Shown here in pieces: positions 47,901-60,757 of a stretch of 64,000 bases of DNA. Each line of letters begins with the position of its first letter. The first letter of the stretch is position 1. The stretch comes from Microthyrium microscopicum. Its lineage: Eukaryota. The notes under the pieces were generated by a model. It was not told the DNA's origin, searched no databases, and saw only the letters and a program-made list of their open reading frames with translations. The stretch is taken from contig MU004230.1 of the NCBI GenBank assembly GCA_010405405.1, positions 2,762,627 to 2,826,626 of the forward strand, read 5' to 3'. A program made the translations under genes and the position numbers.

Positions 47901-50900
47901 TTTTAGTTAATAACTTATAACTCGTTAATATATTTAGTAATAGTGGTAGCTTTAGAAAGAAATAGGCACTATATAATCTCTTTAATGATTATATATTTAA
48001 GGTAAGTAACCTTATCTACTTCTATGAGGCTAGCATTAGTAATTTTACTATTAAACTTAGTAATATATAGAGCAAGCTTCTTATTCTTCTTTATTTAGTT
48101 TAAGGAATTTTGTAACTAGGTGATAGTATCTTTGTAAGTATTGCGTTTTTAGGTATATTAATCTAAGTCCTTCTAAAACTCTGTTATATTAGAGTATAGA
48201 TTTAGTAATTTATATTAAGCGTAGTTTTTAATAAACCTAAGGGTAATGTTAAAAGTCTTACTGTATACCTAAATAGCAGTATCTAGTTCTATAGGAAAAG
48301 AGGCTTACTTGTTGTAGAGATAGTCCTTAACGTGGAGTTTCTACGCAAAGTATTGTTTAGGGTTATAACTAGAGTATTTGCCTAGATTGCTCTATTTACG
48401 TTTCTTGCTTTTACTACTAGCTAAGGATCTAGATACTGCTAAAGTTAGGCTATTAGTTTAGATATAAGGGACTTATTAATAAGGAGAAGGCATTACTTAC
48501 TTATTATTAGAGTTAAGTTAGTAGATATTCTCTTTAGACTTATGTGTAAACTAACTAAGCTAGTTCTTAAGATTTTTATTTTAGAGGCAAAGGGCTACAA
48601 TCTCGTTACGCTTCTTAGCATAAGAAGTATATAGTCGTTTAATATCGTTAAGTACTTTATTAAGTTCCTATTAATTTATATTATAGGCGTTCTTTAGGTA
48701 GAGGACGCGTTTATTATTTTTACGGTTAGCTTTAACTACGCGGTTAAGTTATTTACGAAGTTAATCTATCTTTACGCGTGCTTTATTAGCTATAACTATA
48801 GCGTTATTAAGTTTATTAGTCATATCTTTAATACCTTGCTCATAGTATTAGTAAGCGTTTATTATATTATTTAGTTAGGCGTAAGTCTCTTAAGCATAGA
48901 GATTAGCTACTTAGGCTAATTTAATATAACTACGTAGCTATTTAAACTAAAGTTTTAGTAATATAGTAACGCTATAAAGGAATCCTTTATAAGTCTTAAT
49001 AATTTCTAGATATAAGTTACCTTAAGTATAATATATAAGTATAGGGTCTAGAGGGACGCTTTTGATAGTGCTGTCTAGAGGAATAGTTTCCTAGGCTTAG
49101 AAGGTAACTTCTTCGCGAAGGAGTTATACTAAGAGTACTTAATTCTTCTTATCTAGAGTAATTAATTAGTAGGTAATAAAGTAAGAGAGTATCTAGTAGT
49201 TTAATAGTAGCTCTTTAATCTAGGCTTAGTTTACTAGTTAAAGAGTAGTGATTGGAGGATTAGTAGAGGATGCCTTCTCTTTACCTTTATTTTAGAATTA
49301 TAATTAGCTATAGATGTAGCTACTCTTAGCGATTTCTAAAATATTAGATAGTAGAGGTACCTTAGTTATAGAGCTACGACAAGAGTATAAGGAATTACAG
49401 CGTGAAGCTTAGCTATAAGGTAGTTTTATTATAGCGTTATCATTATTGCTATTAATCTAAGTATAAGGTAGCATAATTATAAACTAAGTAGTATTCTAAG
49501 TCCCTAATTGCTATTACTTATAAAGACGAAACGCGAAATAGGTCCTATGGGTCTTACTAGTATCTCCTATGGTAAGATAAGGGTTTAATACGGAGCAAGT
49601 ATAAGTAGTAGGCATAAGCGCTAAGAAGTCTTAAGATAAAGTACAAATAGGTCGTAAAGGTATAATAAGTAATTTAGGAAAAGGAGTAGGAGGTCCAATT
49701 TGTTATAGTTCATCTTTAGGGCTCATTATAATATAGCAGAATAAGCAAAGTCTTACTACAGGTATAGTAGTAAAGGAAGATTATTAACTTATAAGTCTAG
49801 TAAGGTAGAAGTTCTAGGTTAACTAGGGTCCTTTAAGCCCTTTAATTAGACGCTAAAAGTCTAAGCTTCTAGCGGGGTTAAGGGTTAAGAGTTTACGTAT
49901 TTACTACGCTAGTAGGTTGGATTTACTAGGATCTAAAAATAGGATTCTATATTTATATAGGTAGACGTATTAAATCTTTAGATTTTAATACACTAAAAAT
50001 TAGGATTATTTTTTAAATAGTATAAGGTATTAGTTTTATGTTAGGGACCTATGGGCGTAAGGGTATAAGCTAATAGTAGATATGATTTAAGAAAATTAAT
50101 ACGAAGAATCTAAGAGAGAGGGCAGGGAATAGTTATAGGTAAGCTGCACTGGATAATCCTCGGGCGCTAAGCCCTTAGCATCACGTAATAGGGGATGCCA
50201 ATGATGTCACAATAGGATTAATAGTAGCAGATCCGTAACAGAAGAATAGCTTATAGACGCTATTACTAATAGTAAATAGGAAGGCTATAGTAAAGGTAAG
50301 GTCCTTAAATATAGGATTAAATAGAATAATTATTATAATAAGAGTTAGTAACTATAGCAAAACGTGCTTAACGTACCTAATACTATCTTAGAGTTTTATT
50401 ACCTATATCCTAATAAACTAGATCTATATCTCTTATAGAAGCTACTAAAGCCTAACTAAGAAGAAGATTATAATATTAATAGTCTACTTATAGATTAGGA
50501 TCTTACTATATAAAAGTACTTTATTTTTATAGTTTTATACCTCTTATTTTAGGTTTAATTTAATAATACTACTATTAAGATTATTAAATACTATAAACTA
50601 GCTTAAATAGATATCTCTACCTTTATTAATAGGTTTAGATAGTTACTAAGGTTAGTAGATAACGTATTATAGTTTCTCTTAGTAATAATATATATAAAGG
50701 AGTTTAGCATTTATATAGACTAGACTAGACTAAACTAGACTAGCCTAGCCTAGCCTAGAATAGAATAGATTAGAATAGTCTAGGAGGTCTATTTTAGAAG
50801 GGGGGAGTTATATAAGGATTCCTTATAGGTTTAGTATTTAGTATTAGATCTAAAGATCTAATTTTGTAGATAAGATCTCTTTATTCTATTTAGGGTTAGT

Positions 50901-51031
50901 ATATCTAAGGATCCCCTAAGCCCTATATCTTTATATCTATAGCTCTATCTCTAGATCTCCTCTCTCTATACGTAGATCTTATAATATTAGCTATATTCTA
51001 CTTACCTAATTGCGCCTAATAGCTCCTTACA
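35972..51031 (+). mobile_element. Ty3/Gypsy chromovirus, family A copy 2, inserted in the Copia RT
   Basis: 221-bp LTRs at 35972-36192 and 50811-51031; TSD TTAAT at 35967-35971 and 51032-51036. Internal sequence is colinear with copy 1 (e.g. 36193+ vs 16481+). Confidence 0.93.
42840..50240 (-). mobile_element. Ty3/Gypsy chromovirus, family B (inverted), inserted at the start of the Gypsy-A copy 2 chromodomain
   Basis: 202-bp LTRs at 42840-43041 and 50039-50240; TSD GAAGA; minus-strand PPT AGAGGGAAGAG at ~43044-43054. Minus-strand RT (VYLNDVLV, ~46090), RNase H (VKTNTLD), integrase and chromodomain (~43450-43620). Confidence 0.92.
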
Positions 51032-52163
51032 TTAATATTTAAATACTTTAAGATTAAGCTAATTAAAAGCTCTAGATCTTATAGGACTAGTATATTAATA
51101 AAATTAGTGCCAAATTCTAGCTTAATATTATAAAGAAGACTAAATATATTATTCCTATCTTAAATCTTATTAAACTCATTCTAAATAAAGAATAGGCATT
51201 TAAAGATTAGATCTATACCTTCTAAATACGTTATAGCTTTATAATCTACCTTATAATAGTATATAGGCTAAATATCTATTATATAGCCTCTTATTTAAGC
51301 TATTTTAACTAGAATCCTTCTAAGCTTTACTACTATAAGATTAAAAGAACTATTCTATATCTTTAAGCAATAAAATACCTTGCGCTTAAGTATTATAGAA
51401 TTGCTAAAGTACCTACTACTAGTAAAGAAGTGTTTCTTGTAGCCTATAATGCTATATTTATAGATAATTAAGAGACTTAAAGATTAACTTAGGGCTTTTT
51501 ATTTAACCTATTTAGAGGACCTATTAGCTAGTAATCTTTACGCTAGAAGACTATCTTAATATTTATAATAGAAGCAGAACTTCTATTCCTTTTAAACGCC
51601 TTAAAAGAGCTAATCTTAATTTAACGCCTCTTCTTATAGCTTAAGTTTAATCCTAATATTAAAATACTAATATTAAATAATAATACCTAAATAGTAGGTA
51701 TCATAATAAAGTAGGCTTAGCTTTTATTTTCTAAATTGAAGTATATTAATATATATTAGTTCTAGCTTCATTAAGAAGTTACAAAGGGCTATATTTCTAT
51801 TAAATAAGTTTCTATAGGTAAGATACTAGTAAATAGTTTAATAAAAGCTCTCTTTCTATAAGAATATAAGAAGTTTAAAAAGATACTAAATTTAATAAAT
51901 ATAAAGCACTTAGTGCTAGCTTAGGAAGATTCTTTTTAAAACGCTATAAATACTTTTACTATTACTATAAATTACTAAATCTCCTATATTTTTATATAAG
52001 CTAGATTTCCTACGCTAGGGCTACTTAATAGTACCCTTTATTTCTTATTTTAATTAGTTTTAATATTTTAGTAGCTTAGTCTTAGAAAACCTAAAAATTA
52101 ATATTCCTTTATACTTAATACTAAGTATATCTTAAGATCTATAGGTTAAAAACTTAGGGGGTA

Positions 52164-52458
52164 TAATAGAAAGTTTATTCTAAACCCTAGATCTACGCTA
52201 GTCTTAATCTAGGATTAGAAAGCAGAAATACTAAAATTTAGCCTCTATTAGCTATTATATCTTTTTGCCTTTTCTACCCTTTTTTATATATTACTTTTGC
52301 CTCTATTATAGCCTAAATTCTAGGCTCCAAGAAGACACGTTTTACGTCTTTAACGAGGTATAAATACCATAGTTATTGCAGTAGTTAGTTAATTAGATTC
52401 TTCAATGTTCCCTTCACCGATTCTGCATTCCCTGAGCTGCACGGACCGTATTCCGTCA
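52164..52458 (+). repeat. Copia 3' LTR (295 bp)
   Basis: Colinear with 13561-13570 plus 30090-30374, differing almost only by C>T and G>A. Ends in ...CCGTCA followed by the TSD GAATT. Confidence 0.92.
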
Positions 52459-52766
52459 GAATTTTTTGGCCTTTCAGATTTCAGAGGGGAACTGTTCAAG
52501 CTGTTCTTTGTCAACAAACCTCGACCCAAAGTTTTACCTCAATGTTGCGCATACATAATTACATTTCTAAGCGATGACGAACCTCTACAGCAATGTAGCT
52601 ACGCGATTAACGATCATACTACGCTCAGAGCCGACCAAATTCACCGCAAAACACAGCAGGGTCAAATGCAAAACGAGCCGCGCAAGATGAAGGTTTAGGC
52701 ATTCGATATATGGACAAGTAACGTCGGATTTTATTTCAAACAACTGAAAACGTTGAAGCGCTTCCT

Positions 52767-53708
52767 CTAACTTTCAATGCTGGCCAACGCTGTAGCAGAC
52801 GGCGCAAAAAACGTAGTACCCGTCACAGCTTTCGAATAGTCCAAAATCCTGTCATGCTTCCCAACAGGTTCGCCAATAAACATGCGCTCCATCATCTTCT
52901 CAATAACCCATAACCGCCTAGAGTACCCGATAAAGTACGTGCCGTATTCCCCAGATGCCGGCGATCCAAAGGGCATATTGTCGCGAAGGATATCATACTC
53001 TTCACCATTGTCATCAGCGATAGTAGCAAGCGTCTTGTGTGCGGCCTGTTCGCCAGGTGCTGCATCATCCAGTTCAACATCATCCGGCTTGGTACGCCCA
53101 ACAATGGCCTCTTGTTGCTCCTTCGGAAGCTTGTTCCAACCTGCGAGGTTATGCAAATACTTTTGCACTACAATATAGCTACCGCCGGCAGCGGCTTTAT
53201 CTTCATCACCGATGATGACTGAGTCGTGTAGTTCCTGGCCGGTTGGATTCGCTGTACCGTCGACGAAGCCTAGGAGGTCCCGGAGGTCGAAATAGCGGAA
53301 ACCAACTGTCTCGTCAACAACCTTGACCGCATCGCCCAGTTTGTCTAGCACTTGTCGTTCAAACTCAAAGGTAATGTCCCGACGCTCGGCGCGGATGTGG
53401 AATAGTAGGTCACCGGGTGTTGACACTGCTGTATGCTTTGCGCCCTTTACCTCGGGGAATGGATGAAGCTCCGAAGGTCTAGGGAGAGAAGTCACTTCGT
53501 CCCAGATCTGGCTCCCTATTCCAATGGTGTATATCAAAGCATCTTTTGAGACTGTTATACCGCTCGCTATGCTGGGAAGACTTGCCAGTAGGGATCGTAC
53601 TGCTTTGATAGCCTCTGGTTTACGTTTGACTGATAGTACGAGGAATGTCGCCGCAGTCGTGAGTCCTGCCTCTACTCGCTGGGGTGTGATAGACTGGCCC
53701 TGGCTCAT
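52767..53708 (-). CDS. Dye-decolorizing (DyP-type) heme peroxidase, bacterial class B/P-like, intronless, no signal peptide
   Basis: Likely start MSQGQSITPQ at 53708. Motifs STPGDLLFHIR, GFRYFDLRDLLGFVDGTANP (GXXDG), GGSYIVVQKYLH, proximal His (AAHKTL), distal Arg (ILRDNMPFG), GTYFIGY and AVTGTTFFAPS. Confidence 0.93.
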   Translation of the reverse strand: MSQGQSITPQRVEAGLTTAATFLVLSVKRKPEAIKAVRSLLASLPSIASGITVSKDALIYTIGIGSQIWDEVTSLPRPSELHPFPEVKGAKHTAVSTPGDLLFHIRAERRDITFEFERQVLDKLGDAVKVVDETVGFRYFDLRDLLGFVDGTANPTGQELHDSVIIGDEDKAAAGGSYIVVQKYLHNLAGWNKLPKEQQEAIVGRTKPDDVELDDAAPGEQAAHKTLATIADDNGEEYDILRDNMPFGSPASGEYGTYFIGYSRRLWVIEKMMERMFIGEPVGKHDRILDYSKAVTGTTFFAPSATALASIES

Positions 53709-54321
53709 TCTGGAAGTTGTTCCAAGTTCTCTACACGAACGATACTGAAGTACAGGGCGACGATGAGGCCGAGCAGCCTGTTTGATGGATTTTGTGCGGA
53801 AACCTTGTCGTAATGATTGATTCAGTGAAAATCGCAGGAAAGTTCCAGAGTATACAGGTGTGAGATTTGAGTATGAACCTTTCTGCAAGCTTCTGTAGAA
53901 GATATTATGATAGCGCATTTGAGCTGAAGGGTCTCATGCCGGTTTTATAAAATCCGAATTTTCCAATTGGCCCCAAGAAATGTAAAAGAACACAACTTGT
54001 TGTCAACGTCAAGCCTGGATTCGGGCGTCTTAGTAATTGTGTATCATCTCTCGTACGAGTCCTCGAAGTTTAGATCTTCTAATCAACTTGATATTGATAG
54101 ACAATGGGAGAGGAAGCGACTCTTAGCAGGGTTATCCTTGCTCACCCCACCAAATCTAGCGGCAGGCTATTTTATCCTTTCCCAGGCAAAACAAGCATCA
54201 GGATCCTCTGTTAAAGTGCCAAGTCTACACCACCATCGAATTGCACCCCTCTACCTTGAGACTTGGACAGTTGAATGGCTCCAGGCATCCGTAGCTCGTC
54301 TCTCTCCTCCACATCACCAAT

Positions 54322-55478
54322 ATGCTGCTCCTCGATTATCAGAACGTGCTGATCGAGTCGCTGCTCAAAGACCGATTCTCTGGGTAAGGCCTCGCGCATT
54401 CGTTTTTGTGAGAGCGTCAGACTTATACCGAATTAATACAGAGCTCCCCCGGTTGCTATTGATCAAGTCGTTTCCGACTTTGATGGTGTAACCTTCCATA
54501 TATCAACTCCCGAATCCAAGTCAAAAATCCTCATATCCATATCGGTCCGCTGCTACAAGGAATTGGTACAATATGGAGCTCAGGCTGTGCTGGAGCGCGA
54601 ATATGGTCCTTATATCGTGGACCCAGAATCGGGCTATGACTTTTCGTTACTAGTTGACTTGGAGAATCTCCCAGAGGGTCAAGGTACTATGCATTGGAGC
54701 ATACGGTAAAGCGAGTGCTAAGTCATGATCTAGAAGCTCGAGACGATCTGATCCGCCGGATTTCCCTACTAAAGCGCAATGCCATGGCGGCACCATTCGA
54801 ACAAGCTTTTGACGAATTCGAAGCTCTACAAGAAGAAGCCTCCAAGTATACATCAGAGTCCGCGCCCCAAGGTGTCAAGGAGGGTGGAGAAGTTCGTGCA
54901 ATCCATTATCGAGAGCAGGAAGCAATATACATCAAAGCCAGTCACGACCGAGTAACGGTTATCTTCAGCACAATATTTTCGGACGAAACAGATCGCGTGT
55001 TTGGAAAGGTGTTCTTACAGGAGTTCGTGGATGCAAGAAAACGAGCTATCCAGAATGCTCCACAGGTCTTGTTCCGCAATGATCGTCCCCTAGAGCTTTC
55101 TCATATTCCGGGGCTTCCATCTGGAAAAGGGGAGATTGGGTACATTACTTTTGTGCTATTCCCTCGGCATCTGCAGAGAAAACGCAGAGAGGAAGTCATT
55201 TCACACATCCAGACTTTCCGCGATTACTTCCACTATCACATCAAGGCATCCAAGGTAGCTAAATCAAGGCAACCAGTTATATACAATACTAATCATTATA
55301 TAGGCATACATTCACTCCAGAATGCGTCGGAGAACGGCAGACTTCCTTCAAGGTAATATGGACTTCTTCTTAGGCGTGGCATTCACTAACTCGCTATCAA
55401 GTCCTACGCCGAGCTCGACCAGAAGCAGAAGAAAAGGAACGAAAAACAGCAAGTGGCAGATCTTTCAGAGTCCAATAG
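54322..55478 (+). CDS. ARC35: Arp2/3 complex 34-kDa subunit (ARPC2), multi-exon
   Basis: MLLLDYQNVLIESLLKDRFS-GAPPVAIDQVVSDFDGVTFHISTP...LLKRNAMAAPFE...FGKVFLQEFVDAR...FRDYFHYHIKASKAYIHSRMR...RKTASGRSFRVQ*. Confidence 0.95.
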
Positions 55479-55634
55479 AAGCCCTGGTCAGACTCAGATT
55501 GCACTTATGGATATGTATAGTATGGCTACCTCAAGCAAAGTAGCTGTACCTCAATTACGAAAAAAACGAAGCATATACAATTATCTGCCTTCCTCCTGAA
55601 ACTCGCCGTGCACTGAGTCTCATCCTGAAGCAAT

Positions 55635-57873
<2,239 letters not shown>

Positions 57874-58740
57874 ACCTCTGGGTAGAAACAATAATGATCG
57901 ATACGATCTCGCTTCGAAGATCTAGCATTAACGATCTAGCTTTGACAATAGAAGGAAAAGCTTTGGTCGGGGGGTAAAGACTCAGATTCTCAAATCAGAA
58001 ATATGGTAATCATAGTTCCTTCCAAAGGGCAAAATAAGAGCGAAGAAACACTAGATATTCTGGAGCTGCCCATCTAATTGTTAGCTAGTACGCTTCTTTG
58101 TTGAAATCGATACAGTACCTAGCGTGTGAAATGGCCGAATCAGGTAATTACAGATGTTCGGTGTAAACGTTGTGTTCCATTCAGCGCACTTTTACGTCAC
58201 ACGTAGATCATACATAGATCTGCCATCGAATCGAAAGTTCCCAAGGCTTCGGGCGAAGTTCTTCCTAGCTACAGGTCGAGTACTAGACTAATATTTCAGC
58301 TCAAGTCGGTCGCACGGAAGTACCCCACTCTGATGTCCTTTTTATTGGACGAGGATGAAAAAATGGTACAGTGTATTTAAGACATTCTAGAGATATTTCA
58401 GCGATACAATAGTTTCAAGCGCATCTTAAACGAGTTTAAAAGCACCGGACATTGGTATGAGAGGTATAAGGCTGACATCAGGCTGATACACGTGACCTCC
58501 ACTTTTTAGCTCCTGTTTGGGCCCTTAACTCAACTTCCATCTTGAGTTCACGCGACATTTCTTTGACGTCGCTGATATCATCCGGAATTCATTAGGAGCT
58601 TATTTAAAGCTTTGATTGCGAGGCGCGAAATTCTTGGAGAATACACCTGTCGCGTGAGGCTGGAGCTACTAGACTTTGCGACTTTCAGTCTGGGGAATGG
58701 CGAACATCCTCTAGCTTGAAATCTGTATTTCGGAAGCAAG

Positions 58741-60545
58741 ATGGTTTTCAGATTTGGTCCGTTCATTGCTACTATCACGCTACTGTGTACTAATAAACGA
58801 ACAAAGACCGCATCATCTCACTACTGATACCAGGATGTATATTGATACATGTGTTCTTGGCTCCGTACACCAAGGTTGAGGAGTCGTTTAACATTCAGGC
58901 GATACATGATATCACCAGCTACGGTTTTCTTCCTCATCCCAATGGAAGTGTCATTGCACAGCACTATGATCATGTGGAATTCCCAGGCGCAGTTCCACGC
59001 ACATTTGTTGGTGCATTACTTATGTCAGCCCTGTCAAGGCCTTTTCTACAATGGGTAGCTTCACCTGTGGGAAAACAGCTGTTAGGTATGGCAGAGCTCT
59101 ATAGGTTTTTTCAAAGATGCTAATCTGAGAACAGTGCGAGCTATTCTGGGCCTCGTCAATGCTTCAGCTATGCTGAGTTTGCGACAGGTGCTCAAGAGAT
59201 CCTTTGGCCGATCGACAGGCAATTGGTACGCGCTTCTTCAGGCTAGCCAGTTCCACATCATGTTTTATGCCTCGAGAACCTTGCCAAATATGTTTGCGTT
59301 AGCAATGAGTTTGTGAAGTCCTTTTCAAGCTATGCGGAATCATGCTAACATTTCAAAGCGACCTACGCTTTAGGAAGATACGTTGAAGCAACATCGTCTC
59401 CTAAAATGACGGACCATAGTAGGAAAAGAGGGCATATAGTTTCATTGATGCTTCTTACGACTGCCGGAATTATCTTTCGCTCTGAACTGGCAGTCCTCGT
59501 TGCCGCAAGGTGTCTCTTCATACTCTTATCACATCGGACAGCACTGACAAGAATCATCATACCAGCTGGGCTGGTGGGTCTAGTGATTGGCTTCTCAATT
59601 ACAGTATCGGTAGACTCTTACTTCTGGAAGCACTTTCCAATCTGGCCTGAGTGGGCGAGTTTCTACTTTAACACCATTTTGGGTAAGTCTTCGGACTGGG
59701 GCGTCAGTCCATGGCACTTTTACTTTTCCAATGCGCTCCCACGACTGTTGCTCAATCCTCTCACATACAGCCTTCTTGGTCCCCTCGCTCTGCTTTCATC
59801 AGTCCCGGGCAAAAGAGCTTTGCAGATAGCTGGGCCGGACTTGCTATTTCTGTCGCTGTACTCCATTCTTCCACACAAAGAATGGCGCTTCATAGTCTAT
59901 GTTGTCCCCAGTCTCACCGCTGTTAGTGCTATCGGCGCGTCTTGGATCTGGACTCGGCGCTCCAAAACTGTACTATACAAGGTTCTGAATTTGGCACTGA
60001 TCGGCTCCGTGGTAGCTACCTTTGTCGCAAGCTCTGGTCTACTAGCTATCTCCCGTCTAAACTATCCTGGAGGTTTAGCAATGACACGTCTGAACACTAT
60101 GCTCGCAAGCACTGGAAATAGCACAATCAGTGTTTTTGCCGACAACCTCGCATGCCAAACTGGGGTTACTCGATTTCTTGAAGATCGCAAAGCTACGGTA
60201 TCTGGTCACTCAAAGTGGCGGTTCGACAAAACGGAGAATCAAACTATACTACACGATCCCTTATTCTGGAACCAATTTGACTATGCCATTGTTGAACACC
60301 CAGAACGATGCATTGGTAAGTGGGAAGTCATAGACGTAGTCACCGCCTATGATGGCCTACAAATTGTTAGACCAGGGAGCGCCTTAGGGCCAGATACAAC
60401 TACAGACCATCTCCTTCTTGACGATAGACGAGAGAAGTGGCAGATGTGGAATGACTTTGGTAGGACGATGACGAAGTTTACTAGCGGATGGTGGATTACC
60501 ATCCGGATGGAGCCGAAGATTAAAATACTAAAACGACAAATATAG
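58741..60545 (+). CDS. ALG12: Dol-P-Man alpha-1,6-mannosyltransferase (GT22), multi-exon
   Basis: LAPYTKVEESFNIQAIHD, YDHVEFPGAVPRTF, SQFHIMFYASRTLPNMFAL, IFRSEL, LPHKEWRFIVY, NYPGG and CQTGVTRF. Confidence 0.93.
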
Positions 60546-60757
60546 GAACGAAAGATTCCCCGGGCTCTGGAAAAGTTATTAGCAGCTGTGTGGAATATGT
60601 TGTGCTATAGGGTCCAAGTTCCAGTTTCATATGCTTAAACACCAAATTAATATATGCTTCCTTGTCAACGCGGAATCAAACAATACATAACCATAACATA
60701 AAATTGTCCCAGCGAAAAGGAAGCGATGAGATTTCCGGCAGAGAAAAGGAAATCAAG

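Larger units (their letters stand above)
13561..52458 (+). mobile_element. Ty1/Copia LTR retrotransposon, RIP-inactivated; outermost element of the nest (about 7.3 kb net)
   Basis: 295-bp TG...CA LTRs: 5' LTR = 13561-13570 plus 30090-30374, 3' LTR = 52164-52458. 5-bp TSD GAATT at 13556-13560 and 52459-52463; PPT AGGGGG before 52164. Degenerate gag (~32200), protease (FILNSKANIYIYNN, ~33365), integrase (~33770-34650), RT (LPLK*VFLEKYD...KYKAKIYIRGDL, ~35410) and RNase H (~51450) in Copia order PR-IN-RT-RH. Confidence 0.92.

Noticed and set aside
13561..52458. Mitochondrial insertion, contamination or centromere as the source of the AT-rich block
   Set aside because: The block is accounted for by nested TEs with TSDs and RIP-type transitions; centromere status cannot be judged from sequence alone.
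52405..52698. 97-aa ORF at the right TE boundary
   Set aside because: It starts inside the Copia 3' LTR and runs into intergenic DNA, with no protein features.
53709..53918. 70-aa N-terminal extension of the DyP ORF
   Set aside because: Family-like sequence begins at MSQGQSITPQ (53708). The extension is probably UTR, although an Arg/Ser-rich targeting presequence cannot be excluded without transcript data.
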